This document shows, piece by piece, positions 24,504 to 37,002 of a DNA stretch of 46,204 bases; the first letter of the stretch is position 1, and each line of letters begins with the position of its first letter. This DNA comes from Nemertoderma westbladi (lineage: Eukaryota > Animalia > Xenacoelomorpha). The position numbers were made by a program, and so were the translations under genes. The DNA is taken from positions 1 through 46,204 of the forward strand of contig JAUCBJ010004836.1 of NCBI GenBank assembly GCA_032718475.1, in the 5' to 3' direction. Under the pieces are notes generated by a model. It saw only the letters and a program-made list of their open reading frames with translations, had not been told where the DNA came from and did no database searches.

Positions 24504-25734
24504 TGTTCGCGCTTTCAGACCTTTGGCAGTTTAACCCGCCAAATTAGGATGTCTTCTAGATAATAAATCGCTTTTAGCCTCTGACAAGTATTTGATTCAC
24601 TACACTAGTTGAAACCAATCTGTGCGCGATCATTCACCCGCTGGATATACCCGGGAGATTGACTTCGACGGCTTAATCTTATTGCTATGTAAGCCTAATG
24701 TATTATTCGACTGACAGTATTATATAATCTCTGACAATATTATTCACCTTCGGGGAATATTAACAGTTCCTTTTGGACGTGGCGCTCTATCTATATAAAC
24801 AGAGCTATGACTTAAACTACATGCAACGATATGGCTTAGTTACAATTCACATATATGGCACATTCTTTAGGAAATGCTTAGTTATCAGTCTCACTCATAC
24901 ACAATGCTGCACAATACTGCACACTGATCTGCCGATCTTCACTGATTTTAGTCACATATAAAAGGAACACAGACCGACTCATGTAGGGTCTATCAGATAA
25001 CATTAGATTCACATCAAACCACTTTAACATAAGTCACAATCGTTATATGTAACCTGTCTCTCTTACCTTCGGTATATCAAGAATATTGGGTTTTCGGGGT
25101 TATTTCTCGTTATTCCAAATATAATATTTCATCAACCATATAATGAATAACCGACAGTAAATAGCAGTATAACGTTATAAAAGTATGCACGACAAGACCA
25201 GCCAAGCATTGAGTAAGTTGTTAACCATTGAGTTACCCAGTGTGAATGGTACATGCAGATAACGGATATATGTCCTTATAATTAAGCCTACTAGTGTTAG
25301 GCTAAAAGCAGAAAAGCACAAATATTCCAAAAGCCGTTCTTTCTTGGCTCAGGACTGAATGATAACACTGCCCATAAAGCATTGCGTGATTTCTAGGAAA
25401 TTTCTGTACAAGAACAGTAAAAACGCTCTGATTGGTTGACTGAACTGAGAGGCACCGTAGAACAAAGAAAATCGACACTTATACAGCTCAGCTGTTAACC
25501 GTCGTCATAGTAACTACTGTTTCAAGAGGATCTAGCTATTTTGCGTCATAGAATTGCCATAGAATCACCAACCATGTCCCCCAAAGTACACATACGGAAG
25601 AAATAGCTCTTAGGTCCTCTAAAAAACACCGATACAGCAATAATACGGCCTCTTACGCCTACTAAACCAACTACAGAGTATTTTACGGGAAAAATAAGGA
25701 AAAATAACCGGGCAATTCCGCAAAAGCTTTTACA
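24504..25734 (-). repeat. 5' LTR
   Basis: Direct repeat of 13773-15003; CCAAT (accaatcagag) on the minus strand near 25430. Confidence 0.97.
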
Positions 25735-25959
25735 ACCATAAAGAATATTGCTGCCGAATTCGTAAAGTACCATGACGAAATTCTGGAGACTTTCCGCTCA
25801 TGCAGGTCAAAAAAGAGTTCCTCAAATGAGGATGAGAGAGTAATATCCGATTTTTTATCATCGATCCTGAACTTTTACATTGTACTGCTCGAAAAGACCG
25901 CTAACTCCTGTCAGGAAGTAGCCGAAGTTCAGGGTAAATTAGCGGATGCGTGCCAAGAA

Positions 25960-27360
25960 ACTACAGGGGCGTTGTAAAACCCTGCACCCCGCCAGGACTA
26001 CTCGCCTAACACTCACAACATCAATGTACCTACAGGGGCGTTGTAAAACCCTGCTCCCCGCCCGGACTACTCGCCTAACACTCACAACATCAATGTAGCT
26101 ACAGGGGCGTTGTAAAACCCTGCTCCCCGCCCGGACTACTCGCCTAACACTCACAACATCAATGTAGCTACAGGGGCGTTGTAAAACCCTGCACACCCCG
26201 CCCGGACTACTCGCCAACACTCACAACATCAACGTAGCTACACGGGCGTTGTAAAATCCTGCACCCCGCCCGGACTACTCGCCTAACACTCACAACATAA
26301 CGTAGCTACATGGGCGTTGTAAAACCCTGCACCCCGCCCGGACTACTCGCCTAACACTCACAACATCAATGTAGCTACAGGGGCGTTGTAAAACCCGGCA
26401 CCCCGCCCGGACTACTCGCCAACACTCACAACATCAACGTAGCTACATGGGCGTTGTAAAACCCTGCACCCCGCCCGGACTACTCGCCTAACACTCACAA
26501 CATCAACGTAGCTACAGGGGCGTTGTAAAACCCTGCACCCCGCCCGGACTACTCGCCTAACAGCTACATGGGCGTTGTAAAACCCGGCACCCCGCCAGGA
26601 CTACTCGCCTAACACTCACAACATCAACGTAGCTACAGGGGCGTTGTAAAACCCTGCACCCCGCAAAGGACTACTCGCCTAACACTCACAACAGCAACGT
26701 AGCTACAGGGGCGTTGTAAAACCCTGCACACCCCGCCCGGACTACTCGCCAACACTCACAACATCAACGTAGCTACAGGGGCGTTGTAAAACCCTGCACC
26801 CCGCCCGGACTACTCGCCTAACAGCTACATGGGCGTTGTAAAACCCGGCACCCCGCCAGGACTACTCGCCTAACACTCACAACATCAACGTAGCTACAGG
26901 GGCGTTGTAAAACCCTGCACCCCGCAAAGGACTACTCGCCTAACACTCACAACATCAATGTAGCTACAGGGGCGTTGTAAAACCCTGCACCCCGCCCGGA
27001 CTACTCGCCTAACAGCTACATGGGCGTTGTAAAACCCGGCACCCCGCCAGGACTACTCGCCTAACACTCACAACATCAACGTAGCTACAGGGGCGTTGTA
27101 AAACCCTGCACCCCGCAAAGGACTACTCGCCTAACACTCACAACATCAATGTAGCTACAGGGGCGTTGTAAAACCCTGCACACCCCGCCCGGACTACTCG
27201 CCAACACTCACAACATCAACGTAGCTACAGGGGCGTTGTAAAACCCGGCACCCCGCCAGGACTACTCGCCTAACACTCACAACATCAACGTAGCTACAGG
27301 GGCGTTGTAAAACCCTGCACCCCGCAAAGGACTACTCGCCTAACACTCACAACAGCAACG
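25960..27360. repeat. Minisatellite, about 21 copies of a 69-70-bp unit plus about 52-bp truncated variants
   Basis: Unit ctacaggggcgttgtaaaaccctgcaccccgcccggactactcgcctaacactcacaacatcaacgtag. Confidence 0.97.
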
Positions 27361-28818
27361 AGATTGCGGCCGAAAGCGATCTATCGAATGAAACTGCGGG
27401 AGCCGAAGACAACGACGCTCCAAGTGCAGTCCAAACTTTGGAAAACAATGAAATCGAAATCAAAAAAAAATTGTAGAAAAAAGACATCGCCCATTTCAAA
27501 AGAAGAGGCCTCACAAACAACGCGCCACCAAAGCCCTAGGGAGATGTTGAAGAAGTTTCGGTTGTGAATCCAAGCCGTTCTGTTATCCAACCTCCCATTA
27601 GTCAATCCCCTACACCATGTCCTGGAATGTAGTGTCTTTATTCAGGTACCAGCCCCACGCCCCCCCCCCCGCACCCCCTCCCCCCAATTATTCTACAAAT
27701 CTTAATGAGATTGCGTGAAATTTAATACAGATATAGTTTCATCTCCCTCCTCCTTAGTGGGTGAACCAGAATTTTTATTTTCGCTTTCATTCTTTAGCTA
27801 CAAGCATTTGAAAAAGGTGTCTCTGACGATATTACACCAGTTACACCGCAGTTATTCTGCGGTGATTATAGTAGTGATTTGTTGGTACTGTGAGAAAGTG
27901 GCTATGCAAGGATTCCAAATATGTAACATAATCTGAATTTTGTCGTAAAATAGCTGAGATATGAGCTTCAAAAGTTACATGGTGTTGCACCGGCGCAAGG
28001 CTATTTTATTCTACTTAATAAATACAACATTTTCTGGAACCTATTGTTTATCCCATACATAGCTAGCTGGGCAAGGGCAACGATACAATACCTCTTTAAT
28101 CAATCTATTATGTAGTTTTTTTTTATGCCCAATGTTCCTATATATATTTATTATTAACATAGGTCTACCATTTACAAACAATGCACAAACCAAACAGCAA
28201 AAAAGTAAAACACATCTAGATAATGAATTAAACAATGAACAAACCAAAAGAAAAACAAAAACAAAACCCTCACCCTAAATACTAGATTAAATAAATAACA
28301 AACATAAACAGATTAAACGAGTTGATCGATGATTTTGATTGCGTAGCGCTTCATACAAAACAAAAACTGCAGGAACTTAATAACGACACTATATTCCGGG
28401 AAATGGTGTAATCATGGTGACAAGACCCGATCTCGAGCGCCGATAACTTGCCACTGGTTCAGACAAATTCGAGCTGATTTTTGAAGTTTGGGTTCTATTG
28501 GGGGGTTATTTTGGGTTCTTTCGAGTTCTTTTGGTTCCTTTTAGTATTTTTGGGTTCATCTTAGGGTTTAGTAGGACCCATAACAATAAATCAATCATAA
28601 TCGGCAGATACTTCAATTACCGAATCGTACCGGTTCTTATGGCTACGAGCTAACTGATCATATGCAGAACTTGGGGTTCTCGCTGATAATTTCTCAATTT
28701 ATCCATACATATCCCCCCACGGATAGTAGATAGATAGATTTATTTATACATTATGTAAAAACAATAACAAATACACCAAACAATGTACCATATAATGTAC
28801 CATAATATACCAACTTAC

Positions 28819-28981
28819 CATATCCATGTCCCATGCGGTATATTTCGCACCCTTAACTCCAATCATTGATATACTGGCTATGAAGATAACAATCATAACG
28901 GCAGGAGATAGATACTTCCAGCATATTAGCCAATAAAGTCCAGGTCGGAATCCGCACATCAACTCAATATCATCAGAGAAC
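28819..28981 (-). CDS. SLC6 transporter exon (FSDDIELMCGFRPGLYWLICWKYLSP...AWDMDM; TM11)
   Basis: ttccttcag acceptor, gtaagt donor, 163 bp, phase 2 to 0. Confidence 0.95.
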
Positions 28982-29151
28982 CTGAAGGAATGGAGAATTA
29001 GGATTTAAATAATTTAAATCAAATTGCGAGACCTCAATAACATAAACCATTTTCAATGCATAATGATAATGGAACTGAAAATGTAATAATGCCTTTTAAA
29101 TTTCCCGCCCAGTAAAATGCCAGTGTTATAATATTAAATTATAAATAGACC

Positions 29152-29430
29152 AGCAGCAGCTTGGTTTAGTGGGGACATTCCTGGACTCCCAATCAGGAGG
29201 CACTGGTTCTAACCCTAGAAGGGGAAGCATTGTTTGGGCGCAGTGCTTTAAAAGTTGCAGCCTTGCCCAACCCTGGCTTTCATCCTTAAACTGGTCGATA
29301 AATGGGAACTAAGGCAACTTACTTGGGAAACAGAGTGGAAGAGTTTACTGTGGAAGATCACCCATCGGTGGTGAACAGGCATTCCTTGGCTTAATGAGCA
29401 TAAAAGATTATCCCATTCATAATAATAAAT
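29152..29430 (+). mobile_element. tRNA-derived SINE, second family
   Basis: A box TGGTTTAGTGG, B-box-like GGTTCTAACCC, core ctttcatccttaaactggtcgataaatggg; sister copy at 37435-37633. Confidence 0.75.
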
Positions 29431-29713
29431 TCTAAATATTGTAGTGTTTCAAATTTCGAATAATAGATTATTCTTTTTTTTATATTTAAATTAAATGATT
29501 ATCAAATTGTTAAAGAGAATTATCAATGAGCATCGCGCAGGACGTAGTAAGCAAGCTTAGAATACAGGTAAGAACTGGTAAGTCGCCAACGGTAATGCTA
29601 TTTCATACTTTCGATAGACTACATGTGCACCAATTTACATTAGAGGGGATGGGGGGGGGGGGGGGGGGCTCCGACCTCCTAAAAATGATGGATGGTGTAT
29701 TCAGGGAGATGGT

Positions 29714-29854
29714 AGATAGATAGATATATTTATTTATACATTATGTAAAAACAATAACAAATACACCAATCAATGTACCGGTATAAAGGTATTGTCCAAC
29801 ATAACATATAGGATTACCCCTAAAGCTTTGCAGCTTATTTCCAAGGGGGTCCTT
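29714..29854 (-). mobile_element. LINE (L2-like) 3' end fragment with (ATCT)n tail
   Basis: 6-bp TSD GATGGT; minus strand ggacccccttggaaataag...aataaa...(atct)n; a shorter copy lies at about 28727-28790. Confidence 0.65.
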
Positions 29855-30581
29855 GATGGTGTATATTTATCAACATGACGCGTTTACATGTTGGACTTAC
29901 GTCGTAAACGTATGGCTCATCACATATCGAAAAATATTGTCGTACTGCTACTACATGTGTACCAATTTACATTAGAGGGGGGGGGGGGGGGGGGGGGGTT
30001 GCACCCCCAAATGGAATTTCGAATTTTGGGGTCTCTGGACACTAAAATTGAGTGCTAATAAACATCGTCTTAGCTGTTTAAGAATAGCCAAACCAAATAT
30101 TTTTAAAATTGCTCGAAAATGGCAATATGTATGGCCAAAAGTGCCTTTTTGCGCCAAAGGCTATTTTCTCCACGAATATTTAGACCATTGCATCCAATTC
30201 TTTTGAAACAATATTTGCTTCTTTAATACTCTGGCGCCTTTTTAGAACAAAAAGGCCAAAAGGGCTATTTTTAGGCCTATTTGATCTAAAAAGGCTCCAG
30301 AGCATTTGAGAAAAAAATGATGGACAAAATGAGGTATTTTGAACAAGTGTACTAAATTTCAAGTCATTTCAGTTAAAATTAGCTGAGAAATAGCCCTTTT
30401 CATGAAACTATTTCATTCTGAGATATAGGTGTTTAAAGTTTAAGGAACAATTCAAACTTTCGCCATATTTTGACCGGTACCGAAAATCGGTACCGGTCAC
30501 ATTACGTAGGTTTTAACTATTATACTTGTGAGTGCTGCTCTTATGTAATTAAATTCATAATTTTGAGGTACATCGTGTACC

Positions 30582-31400
30582 TGAGTCTGTACCCTCTGCT
30601 CACAGATGTCCCCATTGGTGAAATCTCCTTTGCTGAAGTCAAGACTGCAGCAAGGAACATCAAGACCGATCGTGTCAGTGGAGTAGATGGTGTGACCCCT
30701 GAAGTCATTCACCCCATTATTTTAGATATGTATACGACAAAGCGAGACACTCAAGAAATGAAAACAATTAAGTTGGTCCCTGTCCCAAAGAGGGACAACC
30801 TAACAACATATATTTTCGTGAATTTCGTAAGTCTCGATTGATGCAAAGCTATACAACAGAATTCTACTAAATCGCATTGAGGATCCTGTTGAGAGACAGT
30901 TACATTGGAACCAAAATGGGTTCCATAAAGGTCGTGGGACCATGGAGCCTATTCTGGCACTTAGAAGGATAATCGAAGAATTATCAATAAAGAAGGACAG
31001 ACAGTCTAATATATTTGTTGACTTCTTTAAAGCCTTCGACTCAGTCTCCCGACCACGTATGTTCAGCATACTTGCAGCATATGGGATTCCTGAGGGAATT
31101 ATTGCTGCTATCAGACCACTGAACGATGAGCACTGACAGAATCACTAGAGGGATCCCAAAGGCTCCTCTGCTCATAGAGGTAATCCCGCAAAGTACCTTA
31201 ATGAAGTAGAGTTTGCTGATGACTTAGGGGTAGTGTCTGAATCACTAGAGGGAGCCCAAAGGCTTCTCTGCTCATTGGAGCAGCTCGCTTGTAGTGTTGA
31301 ACTTTGTAAACTCCAAGAAGACCGAAATTATGAAAGTGAACCTTGACAGCCCTCAAGAAATATCTGATCGTAAGGGCATAAGCTCTAGGGACGGCTTACT
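30582..31400 (+). mobile_element. Degraded, rearranged RTE RT fragment related to 8406-10420
   Basis: PIGEISFAEVK, QNGF, MEPILALRRIIEE, FVDFFKAFDSV, EFADDL. Confidence 0.85.
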
Positions 31401-31409
31401 TCAGTAATC

Positions 31410-32060
31410 GATGGGACGGACCTCAGTGCTGAGGAGTTCTGCGATAATGTGTGGATGCGACTTCTTCGCCGTCCACGCATTAAGCTGCAAATCGGGAGGT
31501 TTGGTTGTGAAATGTCACAATGAGGTCAGGGAGGTCTTTGGGAACCTCTTGCCTCTGTTGTAGGACCATCGAGCGTGTTGCGGGAGGTGACCGTATTACA
31601 GTCAGTGGTGCTCGTGCCGACTTGGTATCTCGGAAAGTTTGGGCTTCTCAGAGGGTGGCGTTGTTCAACGTCGCAGTGATCAATGCTGACGCCACCTCTT
31701 ACTCACAACCCAAACAAACCACTCTACTGAGTCACTGTCGGATTAATGCTGCCGCTATAAAATGCGACATTACCGCGGAGTGTGTGGGGACTGGAGGATG
31801 TCCTTCACCCCCCTTGTTGGTTAACACTAATGGGGTCTGGAGTCTTGAAGCCCAGATACTCTTAAAACATATTGCAGAGGCCCTGGTAGCAAAACAGCAA
31901 GAAATGAGAGAACGGGGCCTCGCTTGGATGTTGGGGGGTGTAAGGTGGTGTCTTGAATTCGCACTTCTCTGGCCAAGCTCGCTCTACTTCCGTGGTGGCC
32001 CTCATTCGTGGTGTGGGCTGGATTTGGGGATGGAGCTGGGTTGCGAGGCAACAACATCGC
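31410..32060 (+). mobile_element. Degraded C-terminal restriction-like endonuclease region of a CRE-like non-LTR retrotransposon
   Basis: GARADLVSRKVW...ALFNVAVINADATSY...PLLVNTNG...EA..LLK.IA...L.FALL pattern in ORF 31520-32095. Confidence 0.6.
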
Positions 32061-32096
32061 GGCACAGTATTGAAACTCTGTTCTCTAGTTTCTAAA

Positions 32097-33380
32097 CCCG
32101 TTTAAACTAAGTATATTACTGCTCCAAATTTTAAACTTGTTTTTTTAGGTGGGTGCAATTTTGGTGCCAGCACCAAATTTTGAAATATGTAAATTTTGTA
32201 AATTGATTGTTTGAACCAGTTTTTGCGCAATAGGGGTTTTTTGGGGTTCTGGTTTAGATGGAATATATACGAGTTGCACCACGTGTATCAAACTTGTACT
32301 TTTCGGCGCTGTGTGTAAATTTTGGTGCCAGCACGTAATTTTGAAAATACATTCAATAGTTCAATTGCTTGTGACAACTTAATTCTCACGTTTTAGATGT
32401 TTATGGCGGTTTTGAATTCAATGGAATAAGTAATTATCTAACTAGACATTTCAAACCTGTATTTTTCGGAAGTGTTTTCGGACAAAATTTGGTGCTAGCA
32501 CCAAATTTTGTAAACCATAAAATATATCAATTGATTGTGTCACCTTGTTTCTTGCGTTGTACGGGCTTGTGAGGGTTCTGAATTCACTGGAATAAGTAAA
32601 AATTCCATAAGAGTTTTCAAACTTGTATTTTTCGTCGGTGGGTGAAAATTGTTGTGCCAGCACCTAATTTTTGAAAATAAGCAAATTGATCAATAGATAG
32701 TATCATATTCTTTCTTGCGTTATACGGGTTTATGAATGTCCGGAATCCGATAGAATCAATAAAAACCGCACTGGACATCTCAAACTTGTAGCTTTTGGTG
32801 GTACGAAATTTGGTGTTAGCACCAAAATTTGCCATATTACGCCGAAAAATACGATTAGCAATAATCTGGCAAATTAGAAATGTATTCCATTAGAATCAGA
32901 GCCCCAGAAAACCTAAAAATGTGAAATTATGGGATCGTATAAGTGAATAAAAATTTTGTGTTCAAACTGAAAAGTGCTGGTTACTTGTTTTTTTCATTTT
33001 TTGCCTACGTAGAGGACTAAAACAGCCATTTATACTAATCAGATTATTCTTAAATATTTTCCAATGGAATTTACGCACCAAAAAACCTATATTGAAAAAC
33101 AATTAGCCGAAAATTGTAACTTTCAAATTTTATGAAAATTTTTCACTACTTGTAATTTAGGTGCTGCAAAATAACCACCCAAATACTTTTTTCGAAATTA
33201 TTTTTTTTGAGTCGGATTCAGACTAGTGAAATCTACGAACAAACAAAAAATCAGACATTTTCGTTAAAATTTGTAGATTTTAGGGGGGGGGGGGGGGGGT
33301 CAATATGACCCCCCCACCCCCCCCCCCCCCCCCCCCGGTATTTGTGTACAACATTTTATAGCCCGGTATTAATAATAGGG
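32097..33380. mobile_element. Non-autonomous DNA element with five about 165-bp internal repeats, possibly piggyBac-like
   Basis: aattttggtgccagcaccaaatttt recurs at about 32158, 32319, 32487, 32648 and 32807. Right end AGGG|TTAA; left end weak. Confidence 0.45.
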
Positions 33381-33432
33381 TTAAATGTAATCATACATGT
33401 ATCACCAGAATATTTATACTAGTTATTCTTAC

Positions 33433-33592
33433 CGTTTAAGGCCATAAACCCAGCTGACAGCGATGGTCTCAGCTAATGCGATGATAAGCAGAGGAAAAGT
33501 AGCAGAGTACTGGTCAAACAGCTGGAGGACATATTCACCAGTACGGGAAGTAAAGCAGATCGCAAAAAGAAAGGAAAAAGTACAAAGACCAC
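33433..33592 (-). CDS. SLC6 transporter exon (TM9-TM10: GLCTFSFLF...GEYVLQLFDQYSATFPLL...VYGLKR)
   Basis: ttctag acceptor, gtaaga donor, 160 bp, phase 1 to 2. Confidence 0.95.
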
Positions 33593-33730
33593 CTAGAAAC
33601 AAAAACGTCCCCATTTAAGGATGGGACTTAAAAAAGTCATGTGTTATACTTTTATATAAAATATTTGATTTTATATATTATAAATTAAATTATTATATAA
33701 ATTATAATTACTATTATAATATATACTCAC

Positions 33731-33935
33731 CAGCAACGAGTTCTCTGCGGACGCCACGCATAATTTTCAATTCTATAAGCGGGGTGAGGACGCCTTGGAC
33801 ATACCCCAACATAGTGCCGAGACCAAGGGTTAGGAGCATGAGGAAGAATAGGGTGGACCATAGAGGGGCGGTCACTCCAAACTGGTTGATAGCCTCAGTA
33901 AACGCAATGAAGGCCAACCCAGTACCCTGGACAGC
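33731..33935 (-). CDS. SLC6 transporter exon (AVQGTGLAFIAFTEAI...WSTLFFLMLLTLGLG; EL4-TM8)
   Basis: ttacag acceptor, gtgagt donor, 205 bp, phase 0 to 1. Confidence 0.96.
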
Positions 33936-34099
33936 CTGTAACAGGGAAAATAGCATTTTGATAAGGTATGAAATACCTAAATCATGGCAATGAGTTGTTG
34001 AGTGCTCCACTCTTCTATGTGCTACTGATGATCTAGTGTGCGTTAGATGGTAAAAATCTCATGGGAAATACATGGACTCCATTGATATATATGTAAGGA

Positions 34100-35135
34100 C
34101 TGGTGCATGATTCCAACATATCATGTTTCCTTAGGCTCAATCGGGCTCTAATACCAAGAGTCAGCCAAAAAACCGTTCTACCGTTATAGCCGTGTACGAC
34201 GTTATACCCTCAGGTGCCCAACCATGGCGCTCCTGTACCAGGGGCTGCTGGTGCCGTGCATTTGTGATAGCATTGCCAATCTGATAAACGACCAAAACCT
34301 CTACATTGAGACTCTAACTGAACTTCATCTATAATATGGATTCAACCATTTCATCGCATCTCACTGCCTCAAGGATGATATTCGGGAGTTGCCTAAACTG
34401 ATAAACAACAACTTCCATGCCTTGGGGAGTTTCTCTTTAAAGTTGAATGGCGCAATTTCCCTGCTACTGAAGTGTGGGAATATCTCCAACTTCCACGCCT
34501 TATCCACAGTCACCACTCTGGTCGAAAAAGCTCCCTGGCAGGCTCCAGTACGAGTGGGCCAAGCAGTTTACTTTGCCCAACCTTCTGTCCTCTCAGCCAT
34601 CGAACTCAATCAATTTCATATGCAATCAAACTCATATTAATCGCATAAAAGTGAATTACTCAGAAACTCCCTGTAGCAACCCAAATCCCTAAGAACCCCG
34701 GAACTCAACTACCCTAATTCCTCTTCGGGATCGGCGTCTCACTGGGATAGCTCAAGGTTACCGATGTGTAACAAAGATAATGATACAACCATAACCATCC
34801 CGTTCGACCATCTGTGTGATGTGAGACTTTGTCTGCAAGTGTGGCCCAGCCATCCGGGGGCAACAATGGTTGTCAAAAATGCCAGGGTGACCACTCCATT
34901 CCATCCTGAAGCAGCTTCAAACAACTAATGGCGTGGGATTGAGCAACGCATGCCAAATACATGGGACTTTGTTTCGCTTGTCTCTTAAAGAAACTCTGAT
35001 CCATCGAATGCTTCATGAAGAAGCCATGTGAACCTAACGGCTATTTTAAGCGACATCATGCACTGCTTCACCACACCCCTTGCTTAACAGCTTCCAACCC
35101 CTTGGCCCCTGCAGAACCGATCAAATTCCATGTCG
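34100..35135 (+). mobile_element. Highly degraded CR1/L2-like RT remnant
   Basis: GC-richer block; LINNNFHALGSFSLKLNGAISLLLK resembles the LIN.SL..G.FP..LK.A.V.PLLKK motif. Weak support. Confidence 0.3.
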
Positions 35136-35144
35136 TTCAAGTGT

Positions 35145-35420
35145 GGGGTGAGCCACGAAGTGAGCGGAGCCTTAGCATATGGGTGCCATTGGCGAGTTGT
35201 CTGTCGTCGTCGTCGTCTGTCGTCTTAAATTTTTGATCGCTAATAACTCGGTTATTCTTCGATGAAATTAAACGAAACTTGGTAATTTTAGAGCGAACAG
35301 ATCCCAGAAACGTAATTGTTTGCACCTTTTTTGTACAAAATGGCCCCAACTCAATTTCAGCCAAAATTGGCAGCCTTCGATGCAACCATGAATTGAACAG
35401 ATTCACCAAATTTGAACTCA
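35145..35420 (+). mobile_element. Helentron/DINE-like non-autonomous element 5' fragment
   Basis: GC-rich head followed by a (GTC)n microsatellite and an aaacgaaacttgg-type core. Confidence 0.35.
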
Positions 35421-35797
35421 ATTGAATCGAAATTGTTCAAGAAATATGTTCAATAGTCTTTTTGGAAAAATAATGGACCTTTCTTCCGTTAAAGTGCCAT
35501 TTTGTGACCTCTTTAAAAAAAACTTGGATTGGCCATTAATTAAAATACATTTTGGTTACCCATGTAATAAGCATGAATGGACAGTTCACGAAGGGGAGGA
35601 GGAGGGGGTACTAAACATATTATTATCAGTTAAACAGTCACCCTCGAATTAAGTGCTTCTAACACACCTCATGTATAATAAGTACAATAATAATAAGTAC
35701 AATCATAATAAACTCAAACAGCTCAAACAAGATAAAATATGTATATGCATCTAACAATAGTAAATACCAAATACAAGTTGATACGATAAAGATTTAA

Positions 35798-36268
35798 GCG
35801 ATTCGGAAAATTAATTTTTTTTTTCATAATTTGAAATTTCAGAATTGGAAACGCTTACATTTTTTTTTGATTGAGCAAAATCGAAAACGGTTTCGAAATT
35901 CAGCGCATCAGTGTTGACCAGAAAAAGTTTTTTCGGGCAAATCTTTTTTGTGAAAATCGCCAAAAATCGACAAATCTCGTAAGCTGGATTTCGGCAACGT
36001 GATTTTGGCCATTTCGATTTTGGCCTAAATGCCTTTTTGGCTGACATTTTCAGAAAACATACCCACACTATCGGCGTGTTTGTGGCATAAGTTTCAAGGC
36101 GATTTTCTCAAAAAATTTCCCCGAAAACATCTTTTCTGGTCAACATTAATGCGCTGATTCCAAATTTCGAAACCATTTTCGATTTCGCTCAATCAAAAAA
36201 TATAAATTAGAGCGTTTTCAATTCTGAAATTTCAAATGATGAAAAAAAAATTGTATTTTCCAAATCGC
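35798..36268. mobile_element. MITE with about 170-bp imperfect TIRs, flanked by TTAA
   Basis: TTAA|GCGATT...AATCGC|TTAA; arms 35798-35960 and 36098-36268 are reverse complements. Confidence 0.85.
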
Positions 36269-36631
36269 TTAATTCTTACACAGGCCTAATAGACTAGGAG
36301 CTAGGGGCTGCGGTACATCGCAAAATAGCTATTTTTGACGATTACTCCAGGCAAAATATCGCGAAAATATAGATTTCCAAAATGGCCAATTTTGGAAATC
36401 TAAAAATTAGATAAAATGTGCATCATTTATATAGGTTGGAAAAATGAAGAGGACATTTCGGAATTAAATTTGTATTTGGTTTTTGAGATAATTGAGAAAT
36501 GAAAAATGAAAATGAAAAAAAACGCGAATTTTCCAAAATCTACAAACTTTGACCTTTGACCATTTAAGGTCGATTTTTTTTTAAAGCAAATAAAAAGTAA
36601 TATTTGCGTTCGCTACCCCTACCCCACCCCT

Positions 36632-36662
<31 letters not shown>

Positions 36663-37002
36663 ACCCAGAGCATTCCAATTTTAATATCGTCAAAAAAGAA
36701 AGTATCTGTTTCAAAATAATTACAATTAGGGAGGTAAAAGTTTGAAGCACTAGCTCGAGTATTATGTATCGTATATCACACACTATTGAATTTTCTTAAG
36801 TAATTTGCACTAAATCTTATCATTATAAAGTGTTGGCTGGACCGGTTTCATAGTTAAATGAAATTGAATACAGGTATGTAGGCCTAAATGTCAGCTGGTA
36901 CAGTAGCAGGTAGCAGCAGATTACAGGTAGACCTTAATTTGAGTTTATAACAGCAAATTACAGGTAGGACTGTGATTCATTGTATCATTGACATTTACTT
37001 AC

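Larger units (their letters stand above)
13773..25734 (-). mobile_element. Non-autonomous BEL/Pao LTR retrotransposon
   Basis: Two 1231-bp TG...CA direct repeats; 5-bp TSD ACCAT (13768-13772, 25735-25739); BEL-type gag and protease motifs. Confidence 0.95.

Noticed and set aside
25960-27360. CRISPR-like array and the 93-aa repetitive ORF on the minus strand
   Set aside because: Units are contiguous with no unique spacers, there are no cas genes, and the context is eukaryotic. The ORF is a by-product of the repeat.
34025-34056. CTGATGA followed by a small stem as a hammerhead
   Set aside because: No GAAA or stems I/III.
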